Assembly (NCBI GenBank): GCA_950073265.1
Contig: CATMPJ010000003.1
Location: 1 to 63,057 of the forward strand
Origin: an uncultured bacterium
GTDB taxonomy: Bacteria; Patescibacteriota; Minisyncoccia; Phycocordibacterales; UBA918
Length of the DNA stretch: 63,057 bases
Reading direction: 5' to 3'
Under the pieces are notes generated by a model that searched no databases, was not told the DNA's origin, and saw only the letters and a program-made list of their open reading frames with translations. This document shows, in pieces, positions 36,498-46,110 of the stretch (position 1 is its first letter; each line of letters starts with the position of its first letter). Both the position numbers and the translations under genes were made by a program.

Positions 36498-36851
36498 ATG
36501 AGCGAATCTGATATTGACGTCGATCCGCAAGCACCGACCACTGGAGAGGCGAAAGCAGAACATCTGGTGCTCATCGTAAATGAGTCCAGTCGTGGTCACG
36601 ATATCCTCGGCGGTTCGAGCTCTGAAGGAGCCATTCTCCTCAACGATGACGAAGACGATGTCATCGAGCTCGCGGTGATGATCGAAGAAGAAATCGTCCC
36701 TCTCTACTACCAGGGCAACTGGGCTCGCTTTCTCATCGACCTGCTGTGCGTTCTTCAGAACGCACAGGAAGATGGGACTGGCGATCTGATGGATGATATT
36801 CGCTACTTCCTGCAGACTCTTTCGAATGAAGGGATCGTGCAGGTTGCATGA
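36498..36851 (+). CDS. Highly acidic hypothetical protein (117 aa)
   Basis: AAGGAGG RBS. The product is Asp/Glu-rich. The gene sits between smpB and ssrA and is GC-richer than smpB. Confidence 0.55.
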   Translation: MSESDIDVDPQAPTTGEAKAEHLVLIVNESSRGHDILGGSSSEGAILLNDDEDDVIELAVMIEEEIVPLYYQGNWARFLIDLLCVLQNAQEDGTGDLMDDIRYFLQTLSNEGIVQVA

Positions 36852-36920
36852 ATCTAGTGCGGAATAGCAGCATTAACTGCGAATCCGCACCACCTTCATG
36901 TATCTAAAGTAAGTACACCT

Positions 36921-36962
36921 TCCCCGGAAAATTTTGAAAGGACTTTCAAAATTTTCCGGGGA
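36921..36962. repeat. Perfect 20-bp inverted repeat that includes tmRNA nucleotides 1-5
   Basis: tccccggaaaattttgaaag (36921-40), loop ga, then ctttcaaaattttcccgggga-type arm ending at 36962. The arms were checked as exact reverse complements. Confidence 0.85.
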
Positions 36963-37354
36963 TGCTAGGCATCGACGGTTAGTCGTGTCGAATGTGTGCG
37001 TGTCGAAATTGGTAATCAATTCGTTAAAAGGTTCCACTTTGTACATGCAAACAAAGCAGTACCAAGCCCGTACGCTCGCGCGTTCGGGTTCGCACCCGCT
37101 GTAGCGTAACTTTAACGCTCGCCGCTGCGATGCGAAGCCAGTAAACGTCTCATACGCTGGTCTTCGTAGAATAGCCATGAGACTTTGGAAACCAAGTCAG
37201 TTGTGCTCGGTTTCTAAGCTTTGTAACAACTCGACAGTGTAGTGTTTGGTCACACTTATAGCTACACTGTTTAAATCTTAAAGTGTAACTACACACGTAG
37301 ACTCACCTTCGCACCCTAACTCGGACGCGGGTTCAACTCCCGCCATCTCCACCA
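36958..37354 (+). ncRNA. ssrA: tmRNA (ssrA)
   Basis: 5' GGGGATGCTAGGCATCGACGG pairs with 3' CATCTCC-A-CCA, including the G3:U identity pair. T arm is GCGGGTTCAACTCCCGC. The tag ORF resumes at GCA 37047 and gives ANKAVPSPYARAFGFAPAVA, with TAA at 37107-09. Adjacent to smpB. Confidence 0.9.
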
Positions 37355-37383
37355 AAATAGAAATGTAAGAAACGATATAACTC

Positions 37384-37905
37384 TTAACGATTAACCCCTT
37401 GCAGTATGTCAGGGCTTATTTCTTTATCTGCCTCTTTTTTAATAATAGACACATCAGCTGTTGTCTCCATGATAGCAATCGCTACTTCCTCGATGCTATG
37501 GAGGCCGGTCCTGCGCAGTTCCATGTATAGTTCATCCGTACTAAGCCGAGCTTTCCTAAGGTTATCGTGCAGCACCTCCCCGTTGTAGATAAGCGTGATT
37601 GGCTTGTTAGTGAGAAGCTTCTCAAAATAGTTCGATTTACTCACTAGTGATGACGCTATCCATTGTAGAGATAAAAGACACACCAAGGTAAACACGGTAC
37701 GTACCAATCCAACATCTGACAAAAGAATACCGCTAGCCACAACTGAACCAATCGCAATAGTGATTGCAAAATCAAATGTGGTCATCTTTGAATACACCCG
37801 CACTCCTGCGAGCCTAGTAAGAAGAATGATACTCCCGTAGATGAGCACTGCGTTAATTAGGATGCTGCCTATCTCCTGCCAATTATCAATAGTAAAGATT
37901 TCCAT
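37384..37905 (-). CDS. DUF421 (YetF-like) membrane protein
   Basis: LLTRLAGVRVYSKMTTFDFAITIAIGSVVA pattern plus a C-terminal soluble domain. Confidence 0.75.
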   Translation of the reverse strand: MEIFTIDNWQEIGSILINAVLIYGSIILLTRLAGVRVYSKMTTFDFAITIAIGSVVASGILLSDVGLVRTVFTLVCLLSLQWIASSLVSKSNYFEKLLTNKPITLIYNGEVLHDNLRKARLSTDELYMELRRTGLHSIEEVAIAIMETTADVSIIKKEADKEISPDILQGVNR

Positions 37906-38067
37906 AGAGAAGTTTTATCGCTGGATAATTCCTTTTCAAGTAGTCTAACACTTATCGACCCTGTCTCAACTTGAACGGTTGATGAGTGAACGATTCTTTC
38001 ACTCTGTCGCTGTAGAATATAAAAAGGTTCAAAATGAAAAGCTCTTAGGTTTTGTTATACTAGTGGC

Positions 38068-38397
38068 ATGGAACCTATCGCACGCAGAGAAGTGATTATC
38101 GTAGACCGAGACTCTAACCGAGAAGAACACATCGCGTTTGAAATAATGCCGCCGCATGCTATTGATGACGGAGAAAACTATATCTGCCAAGCTAAAATTA
38201 CTGGCGACATACACAAATCATTTGACGTGGGCGGGGTGGACTCGCTCCAGGCGTTGATGTTAGCTATTCAGTGCCTTGATCTTCAATACGAAGAAATGAA
38301 AAACAGTCAGTATGACTTTTTCTGGCCCGATAGAACAAATCCCATGAAATCCTTTGATCTAGTTAAAGAAGACTTAAAAAGATTCTACGAAATGTAA
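38068..38397 (+). CDS. Hypothetical protein (109 aa)
   Basis: Clean ORF. The GGVDSLQALMLAIQCL segment is recognisable, but I cannot name a family for it. Confidence 0.5.
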   Translation: MEPIARREVIIVDRDSNREEHIAFEIMPPHAIDDGENYICQAKITGDIHKSFDVGGVDSLQALMLAIQCLDLQYEEMKNSQYDFFWPDRTNPMKSFDLVKEDLKRFYEM

Positions 38398-38706
38398 TTT
38401 TTAACTATTGTCTAGACAATGGAGCTGGCCCAATATAACAATCCTTAGGACCATAGAGAGTAGAGCCTTCTTCTCTATCAGCCCCGAAGACAGAAACTGG
38501 TCTACCTATGCATTTTTCAAACCCTCCGATTCCTTCGTTAAACGAACACGCCCCACAACTGTTGTGGCTAAACCTTTCATTAGGATGAATGTCTCACTTT
38601 GCACGACAGCAGTATACGCTCCATCTATGAAAACATCTTTGTTTACAGTCTCTAATGTGCCCTCTAATTTAAAGACTTCTTGAGGTATTTTAGGTTCTTC
38701 TGTTTT

Positions 38707-39063
38707 TTAGTCATTTATAACTTTTGCTCCTTCAATGACATTCTCTCCAGCAATTTCAATCAGTGCTTCGCCTTGATGTTCCCAGAAGACTACAGAATTA
38801 TCTGCAGACACATACCTTGCGCCGGACGCAGAACGTGCACGTTTTAATTCGTACGTGTTGCCACCAAACATAACTTTTGCCAATTCACCATCCACACTAT
38901 ATTGCACGGTAAATGAATCGCTTTCTGTGTAAAACTTGAAGATTTCACCTGTATACGTAGATTCTCTAGACTGAGTACCGGCAGTGGTAGCTGACTGATT
39001 AAAAAGTACATACCCAACAATTCCCAGGATAATGATGGTAAATACGATAAAAATATTTTTCAT
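38707..39063 (-). CDS. MliC-like (lysozyme-inhibitor family) membrane-anchored protein
   Basis: N-terminal TM/signal segment. GNTYELKRARSASGARYVSADNSVVFWEHQGEALIE matches the MliC core. Confidence 0.65.
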   Translation of the reverse strand: MKNIFIVFTIIILGIVGYVLFNQSATTAGTQSRESTYTGEIFKFYTESDSFTVQYSVDGELAKVMFGGNTYELKRARSASGARYVSADNSVVFWEHQGEALIEIAGENVIEGAKVIND

Positions 39064-39166
39064 AAGTGAGTAGATTATCAGAAATTAATAATAGTCACTG
39101 TGCACGCCTTACTGCAAATAATAACTTTGGGGTTTCACATATTTAATAGACGAGCACTTGTAGTTT

Positions 39167-39745
39167 TCATTTATTACGCGCAATTTTGAGGGCTTCTCCC
39201 CACCAGTGCAATTGTTCGAGAACACTTTCAAAACTCTTTTTATATTCATCGAGCGCACCCTCGGGTAAATTATTGTTTTCATCTAGTAAGTACCATGGGC
39301 CTTTCATGTGAAGAGCATTGCGCACAGGAGCCATTTGCAGTTCAATCGCGACTTGTCGTAGCTGCTCGACTACACGACCACCGAGGACACTACCATAAGA
39401 TACAAAACTGATTGGTTTTTTATTCCATTCAGCATAAACGGAATCGAGTGCGTTTTTGAGTACTGCGGTATAACCATGATTATACTCTGGCGCAATAACC
39501 AAAAACGCATCTGCTTCACGAATTTTGCCTGCAAAATTACGAACGACTTCGTGTTCATACTCGCCATTTTCCACCATAGACGGACTAATCGGTTGATCGT
39601 AGAACGGCATATCATAGTCGCGTAAATCAAGCACTTCATAAATGATTTCTTTTTTCTTTTTAAGTTCATTTTCGAGCCACGGAATGATTTTCTCACTAAA
39701 GCGTCCCTCTCTAGTGCTACCGACAATTAGTTTAATATGTAACAT
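39167..39745 (-). CDS. NADPH-dependent FMN reductase family oxidoreductase
   Basis: IVGSTREGRFSEKI...FLVIAPEYNHGYTAVLKNALD pattern. Start set at the ATG at 39745. Confidence 0.8.
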   Translation of the reverse strand: MLHIKLIVGSTREGRFSEKIIPWLENELKKKKEIIYEVLDLRDYDMPFYDQPISPSMVENGEYEHEVVRNFAGKIREADAFLVIAPEYNHGYTAVLKNALDSVYAEWNKKPISFVSYGSVLGGRVVEQLRQVAIELQMAPVRNALHMKGPWYLLDENNNLPEGALDEYKKSFESVLEQLHWWGEALKIARNK

Positions 39746-39918
39746 AGTTTTTTTGGTTATCTGCAGAATAACAAGATTACTATACTTGTACAATCCAACC
39801 CATCTCGTAGCGTTTCCAAAATACTGAGTCAACCTTTAACGTGGTCTTGAACACTCCGCTCATAGGTGCCTTCACAATGAACCTTTGCTTTTAGTTGATC
39901 GGCGCGTATAGTGGTCTT

Positions 39919-40866
39919 ATGAAGAAAACGACTATAGTTATTCTAGTTTTTATCGCACTGATTGCTATCGGCACAACTTTCCTGGTGCTTAACCATAAGC
40001 ATAGTACAAAAAACGATGACTCAACACAGTCTTCTAAAGAGCTTACTATCACAAATGTAACGATTAAAGAAGATGACGGTGTCTATGCTGAACTCTCCAA
40101 CGGTGAGCAAAGAAAAATTGCAGCATTTGTACCTTTTGAAGACGGTAACTTTACCGAAGTTCGAACGTACCAGTCATATAAAATTTCACCCAACGGTAGA
40201 TACGTTGCTATTAGTGGCTATGGGTTTGAAGAAGAAGTAACGGAAGTTTATGACGTAGAAACTGATACTCTACATAAGGACGAGCTAATTTATGGTCACG
40301 TTAAAGCGTGGACCGAGGCAGGTTTGCTCGAAATTGAAGCGTGTGACTTATCAGGCGAAGTGTGCGTCGAAAAAGTATCTGTCAACGCAAGCACTCCTTG
40401 GATTACCAAACAATTGCCAGGTAATAGTCCAAATTCTAATTACCAAACGAAAGAAGATCCAAAAAGCGGCATTACTTTCTCTTACCCCGTTTCAACCAAC
40501 TTTGACTACATCAAGTTAACAGAGTGGCCACCCCGGTTTGTAAACGCAGTCGATCCGATAAAGTGTGAACTTAATGAGCAAACACAAGCTATGTCTGGCG
40601 CCACCTCTAGCGAGATAATTATTAATGATAATACTTACTGTATTTGGGAGACATCGGAAGGTGCCGCTGGAAGCGTATATAAGTCATATCAAATTACCTA
40701 CCCCATGCAAAATCAATTTTTCACGATGAGTTTTACCGCCCAGTACCCTAACTGCGCAAATTATCCTGAACCCGAAATGAGTGATTGTGAAGGAGAACAA
40801 GAAGGATTCCCTCTTTCGTTCTTAGTTGATAGAGTTGCGCAATCAGCCAAACTGCCCAATCGGTAG
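39919..40866 (+). CDS. Hypothetical membrane-anchored extracytoplasmic protein
   Basis: Start chosen at MKKTTIVILVFIALIAIG. No family recognised. Confidence 0.5.
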   Translation: MKKTTIVILVFIALIAIGTTFLVLNHKHSTKNDDSTQSSKELTITNVTIKEDDGVYAELSNGEQRKIAAFVPFEDGNFTEVRTYQSYKISPNGRYVAISGYGFEEEVTEVYDVETDTLHKDELIYGHVKAWTEAGLLEIEACDLSGEVCVEKVSVNASTPWITKQLPGNSPNSNYQTKEDPKSGITFSYPVSTNFDYIKLTEWPPRFVNAVDPIKCELNEQTQAMSGATSSEIIINDNTYCIWETSEGAAGSVYKSYQITYPMQNQFFTMSFTAQYPNCANYPEPEMSDCEGEQEGFPLSFLVDRVAQSAKLPNR

Positions 40867-40923
40867 ACGAGCTATACATTAGCCATCTAAAAATCCCCTG
40901 TCGGGGATTTTTAGACGCAACTC

Positions 40924-42051
40924 TTAGAGGTTGATTCCGCTTGTAGCCTCAAGTGATGCATCTGCATCAACATTGATAATATCTGTATCAACCGATCCGT
41001 CTACGTCTACATCGGTAGTGGTGGTTGTGTCAGATTGATTTTGATTCTGTGTTTCTCCATCACCACGATTTGGTTCTGCTGGAGGCGGGGTGCTGAAATC
41101 AATATCGATTATAGTACCCGTATCCGTATCAATTGTTGCAGTACCCATCGTGGTAAGTGCAGCCTCTACTTCTCCGAGTAGGTTTGAAGCTTCGGTAATT
41201 TGGGTACGTGCCTCAGCTTCAGCCTCAAGTGAAACGTCAGTTACTAGTGCGAGAGCGGTGTCTACTTTAGCTTCTAGAGCTGTGCGAACCTCAGTAGAAA
41301 TTTCTGCTGAGGAAGTAACCAAAAGATTTTTAAGGGCAGTTGCTCGAGTTTCAGTGCTGTTCTTGAGCACAGCCACATCAATCGGGTTGCTTGCTAGTGA
41401 GGTACTGATAGCGGTCTTGGTATTGGTATCTACATCTAATGCGTCTACGGCAATAGCGAGTGATGTGTCATTTTCGACCATGGCGTTAAATGTGGTCACG
41501 GCATTAATAATAGCTTCAGTTGCAACCACTCGCGTTGCAGTATCAGCGTCTGTGGCAGCGCTTGCGGTTGACTCAATTTGGGACTCAACAGCAGTCTTCA
41601 TATTCACTCCAATGTCACCTGATAGACGGTTTTCTGACTGTAGCTCACCAGCTTCTTCAAGACGTTCGGCCAATAGTTTGGTCTGGAGTCTGGTCTCAGC
41701 GTTAGCTCCAATCGCAAATGCGCTGCGGACTGACTCGTTGAATTCAGTCTTTACGGGATACAACGCATCCCCTGGAACAGTCCCTTGGGCTGCAAATGTG
41801 ACTCCTCCACTTATAAATACGGCAAGTAGTAATGCTAATGGCATAAAAGTTAATCTTAATCCGAATAATGAAGTACTTCCTTGTACTTGCCTTATAGAAC
41901 GACTTCCCGCAGCAACTCTTACACCTTCGCGGACTGGATGAAATTGCGCATGTGCGAGCAATTCTTTTTCAATTCGAGCACGCGAAGACTCAGACAGTGA
42001 AATGTCCTTTAATGAATGGAGATATTCGGTTGTATTTTTTTCTTCATTCAT
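40924..42051 (-). CDS. DUF5667-type putative anti-sigma factor
   Basis: Overlaps the sigma-factor stop by 4 nt. It has an N-terminal cytoplasmic segment and one TM helix. PGDALYPVKTEFNESVR is DUF5667-like. The extracytoplasmic region is a long Ala/Thr-rich repeat. Confidence 0.6.
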   Translation of the reverse strand: MNEEKNTTEYLHSLKDISLSESSRARIEKELLAHAQFHPVREGVRVAAGSRSIRQVQGSTSLFGLRLTFMPLALLLAVFISGGVTFAAQGTVPGDALYPVKTEFNESVRSAFAIGANAETRLQTKLLAERLEEAGELQSENRLSGDIGVNMKTAVESQIESTASAATDADTATRVVATEAIINAVTTFNAMVENDTSLAIAVDALDVDTNTKTAISTSLASNPIDVAVLKNSTETRATALKNLLVTSSAEISTEVRTALEAKVDTALALVTDVSLEAEAEARTQITEASNLLGEVEAALTTMGTATIDTDTGTIIDIDFSTPPPAEPNRGDGETQNQNQSDTTTTTDVDVDGSVDTDIINVDADASLEATSGINL

Positions 42052-42566
42052 ACGTATAGTAACTTTTTTAGTCGCTTTGTTGCTCGATTGAGCCGTACTG
42101 AGATTGTGTTCGCTGATTCACCAAGCATTTCACCTATCTCACGCGGTGGCAATCCCTCCACGTGTGTGAGTAGTAAAACCTCTCTATCACCTTCTTCGAG
42201 TTCTGAAATGGTGTCTAATACTTCATTATACGCTGCTTGTACTTCAGCAGGAGTTTCTACAGCAATTGGTTCTTTGCCGACCTCCATTCGATCATCAAGA
42301 GACACCGCTTTCTTTTTCTTATACCAATCCTTAGCTGCGTTGTTAGCAATCGTGTACAAAAGCGACCTGGTGTTGGTAATTTCTTTACCGTCCCGAAGAT
42401 ATTGCCAATATTTAATAAAGGTTTCTTGAGTGATATCCTCGGCTAATTCCTGGTTAGAAACTTTCACCAGACAAAACCGAAATATCGCATCACCGAATTG
42501 GTGATACGCATCTAAGAACTGCTGTTCTGCCTCTTTCTGTTTCATATAACGACTGACATAAGCCAT
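42048..42566 (-). CDS. ECF-type RNA polymerase sigma-70 factor
   Basis: Region 2 (FRFCLVKVSNQELAEDITQETFIKYW) and region 4 HTH (LPPREIGEMLGESANTISVRLNRA). Confidence 0.85.
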   Translation of the reverse strand: MAYVSRYMKQKEAEQQFLDAYHQFGDAIFRFCLVKVSNQELAEDITQETFIKYWQYLRDGKEITNTRSLLYTIANNAAKDWYKKKKAVSLDDRMEVGKEPIAVETPAEVQAAYNEVLDTISELEEGDREVLLLTHVEGLPPREIGEMLGESANTISVRLNRATKRLKKLLYV

Positions 42567-42689
42567 TATGACATGCTACTCAAGTACAGTCTCCCGAGAG
42601 ATTATAATTAAGGTAATAAAAAAACCGCTTAGGTCTTCTAACCAAAGCGGCTGGTGGGCGGGGCTGAAAGCCCCGCCCGGCCGAAAGAG

Positions 42690-42983
42690 CTAGCTCACCA
42701 CAGAGCAGTTTGCAACAAGCAACCCAATCCCTGACTGAGCGGTCAGAGGACCATAGTAATCCATTGCTTCGCTCATATCACGAGCTCGCAATTCTTGCAT
42801 GAAGTCGCTACCAGCGACAATATGGTATTCGTTGCCGCGATCATCGACATCAGAACCGGTCACAGGAAAGGTGAGTCCGATAAGAGTCTGCCGGGCCGCA
42901 CTCCATCTGCGACAATGTTTGATCCTCTCTGGATCCGAATTCTTCGGTACAATCGGATCCATATTCTCAACTCTTACGAGCAT
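42690..42983 (-). CDS. Hypothetical protein (97 aa), GC-rich stand-alone unit
   Basis: TTGACT-17-TATTGT promoter and AAGGGAG RBS before the ATG at 42983. Two hairpins, the second with a T-tract, follow the stop. Confidence 0.45.
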   Translation of the reverse strand: MLVRVENMDPIVPKNSDPERIKHCRRWSAARQTLIGLTFPVTGSDVDDRGNEYHIVAGSDFMQELRARDMSEAMDYYGPLTAQSGIGLLVANCSVVS

Positions 42984-43099
42984 ATCTATTTCTCCCTTAA
43001 AAATTTGAAGAACTGGGCGGACCAACACAATACAACTTGATTTTCTTCTAGTCAAGAAAGCGCGGTGGGGACTAGTGTCCCCACCGTGCTCCTACAAGA

Positions 43100-43654
43100 T
43101 CAAGCCGCTAAAATGATACCGTCCCCTGGCTTCTCAAAACCTTGCGTTATACGCCATCTGTTATCTGACAATCCAATCAGATTATAGCTTTGTACTGCTT
43201 TACGATACCCCGGAACGTTGACTGCATAAAATGCCTGCAGCGTAAAGCCTTCTTCATCTGGTAATACAGGCTTGATTGCGCCGAGCATTACTAGATTAAT
43301 CAGTCCGAGCAATAAACGCCTGTTTTTAGACATGTGACCATGTTCAGTTATACCTTCTTCAAAACTTGCATGAGACATTGATGGAATGAACTCATAAAAC
43401 GAGAAGTGCATTCGTGGTAACGACTGCACCATGAAGTCGGCAGCTATCGTAACTGACGGATCAATTTCGATTCGCTGCTGCACACGCTTGCGTTGAAACC
43501 ATTCTGAATTCGCATGAATTTTGCTGACTTTAGCGGTGACAATATTCCCGCGATGTGGCAACGAACCGAACAGTAGACGGCCGCTGCCCCTTGTGACTAC
43601 GAAAGAATCTTTCACGTTACTCTCCTTTGAATGAAGAACCTTTGAGTAAAACAT
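43100..43654 (-). CDS. Hypothetical protein (184 aa), GC-rich stand-alone unit
   Basis: ORF bracketed by GC hairpins at 43056-43090 and about 43672-43712. No family recognised. Confidence 0.5.
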   Translation of the reverse strand: MFYSKVLHSKESNVKDSFVVTRGSGRLLFGSLPHRGNIVTAKVSKIHANSEWFQRKRVQQRIEIDPSVTIAADFMVQSLPRMHFSFYEFIPSMSHASFEEGITEHGHMSKNRRLLLGLINLVMLGAIKPVLPDEEGFTLQAFYAVNVPGYRKAVQSYNLIGLSDNRWRITQGFEKPGDGIILAA

Positions 43655-43730
43655 ACGCTGATTAGAAAAAAGGTCAAGAAAACCGCTGTCTGACAGCGGC
43701 TTTCTTGACCTAGATGCTTTAGTCTGGAAT

Positions 43731-44348
43731 TTAATTGAATCGAACAGTACTCAGTACTTCTTCGAAGTATTTGTCCATTTGGTCACCCTTATCTCGATAT
43801 TGACCTACGAACATATAGTTTCTGTCTCCCAGACGGAACAGTTTGATATTTTGTTTGTACTCAGCTTCAGCTGTGTAGGAAATTCCTTTCAGACCATCAA
43901 GCTCATAATCAACTACATCTGAAGTTGCGTTATTGATACTAGTCAATGTTTGATTCTCCTGTGCCCAGGTCATGAGCTTTTCATCCTTGCTCAACACCTC
44001 TGTAGTGCTTGCCATTTCGTTGTCAGAGTAACGAAATACAAATAGTGAAATAGTTGGACCAACGTCTTGATCTTCACCGTTAGCAAAAGCTACGTATTCG
44101 CTACTTGGCATGATAATGAATGCCCCTTCCATCGGTTGACCAGTTACCGGTGGCTCAACCATTGATAACGCGTCAGGTCCTGCTGTGTATCCAAATTCAA
44201 AACCAAGATCGTCCCGCATTACTGTCTCCACTGCGTTTTGCGAGTCAAATATTGCTTGCTCTTTTCTGTCGATTACGAAGTAAATAATGGCTGCTACCGC
44301 TACGATTGCAATAACAACTAGTAAAAGTATCTTATTTTTCTTGTTCAT
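43731..44348 (-). CDS. Hypothetical membrane-anchored protein
   Basis: N-terminal TM helix ILLLVVIAIVAVAAIIYFVI. No family recognised. Confidence 0.5.
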   Translation of the reverse strand: MNKKNKILLLVVIAIVAVAAIIYFVIDRKEQAIFDSQNAVETVMRDDLGFEFGYTAGPDALSMVEPPVTGQPMEGAFIIMPSSEYVAFANGEDQDVGPTISLFVFRYSDNEMASTTEVLSKDEKLMTWAQENQTLTSINNATSDVVDYELDGLKGISYTAEAEYKQNIKLFRLGDRNYMFVGQYRDKGDQMDKYFEEVLSTVRFN

Positions 44349-44443
44349 ATGTTAAGTGATGACGTATAGCTTGATAGTTGCTTACGTACAGTTATTGTAG
44401 CTTAGTCTTAAACAAACACAACTGAGTGCGGTACACTTAAGGT

Positions 44444-44815
44444 ATGAAAAAACACGTGTTGATTATTGAGGACGACCACAATCTCGCTGACACACTAGAG
44501 GATATTTTGATCATGGACGATTATGAGGTGACAGTGACTCATTCTGGACACAATGGCCTTGAAACAGCCTTACAAACCCATCCTGACTTGATTATTTTGG
44601 ATATTAAAATGCCGGATATGAACGGCTATCAGGTGTACGAAAGGCTCCAGGCAGACGCTTGGGGTAAGCAAGCCAAGGTGCTGGTGCTGACCGCATCAGA
44701 ATCACTGGAAAACATTGCTAAAAATATAAATCTGCCACGCAACTATGTGCTCTTCAAGCCGGAGGTAAGCGTCGAGGCTTTGCGTGAAATTGTCGCTACT
44801 CGCATTACTGACTAA
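44444..44815 (+). CDS. Single-domain response regulator (CheY-like receiver)
   Basis: VLIIEDD...DLIILDIKMPDMNG...VLTA pattern. Confidence 0.85.
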   Translation: MKKHVLIIEDDHNLADTLEDILIMDDYEVTVTHSGHNGLETALQTHPDLIILDIKMPDMNGYQVYERLQADAWGKQAKVLVLTASESLENIAKNINLPRNYVLFKPEVSVEALREIVATRITD

Positions 44816-46108
44816 CTAACTAATTGGCAGAATTATATCGAAGGTCGTACTGACATTCTCGACGGAGGTGAAAGATATTTTGCCGCGCAACACATCAATC
44901 GCTTCTTTGACGATATACAAACCAAGACCTGTCCCATCAGGCTCGTTTCTCGTTGCATTGCTAGCTCGATATAGTTTAGTGAAAATCCTTTCTTGGTCGG
45001 CAACTGGAATACCCATACCATTGTCTGCTACTGATACATGAAGTTCATTGCCAATCTTTTTGTAGCCAACATGAACTGTTCCGCCCGGCTTGGTATATTT
45101 AACTGAGTTTGAGTATAAATTTGAAATTGCCATCCGCAGAAGATTGGGGTCGGTATTGAGCTCGGAAATGTTGGGGTCAAAAAATGTCTCGATTGAAATG
45201 TTTTTCTTGATCACTCTATCTTCCTGTTCACGAATGATTTCAGAAAAGAGTGTGGGGAGAGAAACCATCTTATACTCTGGCTGGAACGTTCCGAGTTCAA
45301 ATCGGGAAACGCGTAAGAAGTCATCAACCAGTAGCGCCATTCGCTTTACTCCGGTAAGTAGCCGCTCAACGTATCGTCTTTGTTTTTCGTTTAGATTTTT
45401 ATCTGGATCCATTTGCAGTAGTTCGGCACTCCATTTGATGCCCGCAATTGGTGTACGCAATTGGTGTGAGGCGAGTGAGACAAACTCTGCTTTAGCGTTT
45501 TCAATCTGTTTTTGTTTGGTGATATCAACCAACGTCAGAAGGCCAATTTTTTCGCCATACGCATTTTCGTACGGGAAAAGTGACAGGAGCACCCAGGCTG
45601 TTTTTCCATTTTTGCAATGCACCTGAACAGTTTCTTCCGACAAAGGAACTCCTGATTTAAATTTCTGCTGTAGCACAACAATATGATCAGCCTCTTCTGA
45701 AAACAGGGATTCAAATACTGACTCTCCGACCAAGGAGTTCACCGTCTCGCAATACAAACGGCCAGCCGCAATATTTGCTGACTTAACTACGCCGTTTGTA
45801 TCAAGCAGCATGTATGGGACGGGACTGTTTTGGTAGAGCTGTGTGTGCAGTTCCTCTGAGTCGATAGCAATCGAGTCAGCGATCTTTACTTCAGTGCGAG
45901 CAATCTGTTCATTAACAACCAAGCTATCGTATACACTTTTTGCAATCAGTGCACAACAAACGAAAGCTGTCATGAACAACAACCCAAACACATCAAACCG
46001 AGTGAAGTCGATTACTGCTCCGGCAATAATAATCACCAGCAATAGAATGAAGAAAAGGGTGACGGAAAAGAAAAGGGGCTGACTGATTTTTGATGATGAC
46101 GGTTTCAT
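44816..46108 (-). CDS. Sensor histidine kinase (TM-PAS-HisKA-HATPase)
   Basis: H box SHQLRTPIAGI, N box, and G box GTGLGLYIV. Its stop abuts the regulator's stop. Confidence 0.85.
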   Translation of the reverse strand: MKPSSSKISQPLFFSVTLFFILLLVIIIAGAVIDFTRFDVFGLLFMTAFVCCALIAKSVYDSLVVNEQIARTEVKIADSIAIDSEELHTQLYQNSPVPYMLLDTNGVVKSANIAAGRLYCETVNSLVGESVFESLFSEEADHIVVLQQKFKSGVPLSEETVQVHCKNGKTAWVLLSLFPYENAYGEKIGLLTLVDITKQKQIENAKAEFVSLASHQLRTPIAGIKWSAELLQMDPDKNLNEKQRRYVERLLTGVKRMALLVDDFLRVSRFELGTFQPEYKMVSLPTLFSEIIREQEDRVIKKNISIETFFDPNISELNTDPNLLRMAISNLYSNSVKYTKPGGTVHVGYKKIGNELHVSVADNGMGIPVADQERIFTKLYRASNATRNEPDGTGLGLYIVKEAIDVLRGKISFTSVENVSTTFDIILPIS

Positions 46109-46110
46109 AA

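Noticed and set aside
36873-37178. 101-aa minus-strand ORF in the track
   Set aside because: It lies entirely antisense to the tmRNA gene (36958-37354). That gene has an unambiguous acceptor/T-arm, the G3:U pair and a tag reading frame. The ORF is an artefact.
38408-38683. 91-aa plus-strand ORF (TTG start)
   Set aside because: The sequence is not protein-like and no RBS is present. The opposite strand holds the longer quasi-open frame.
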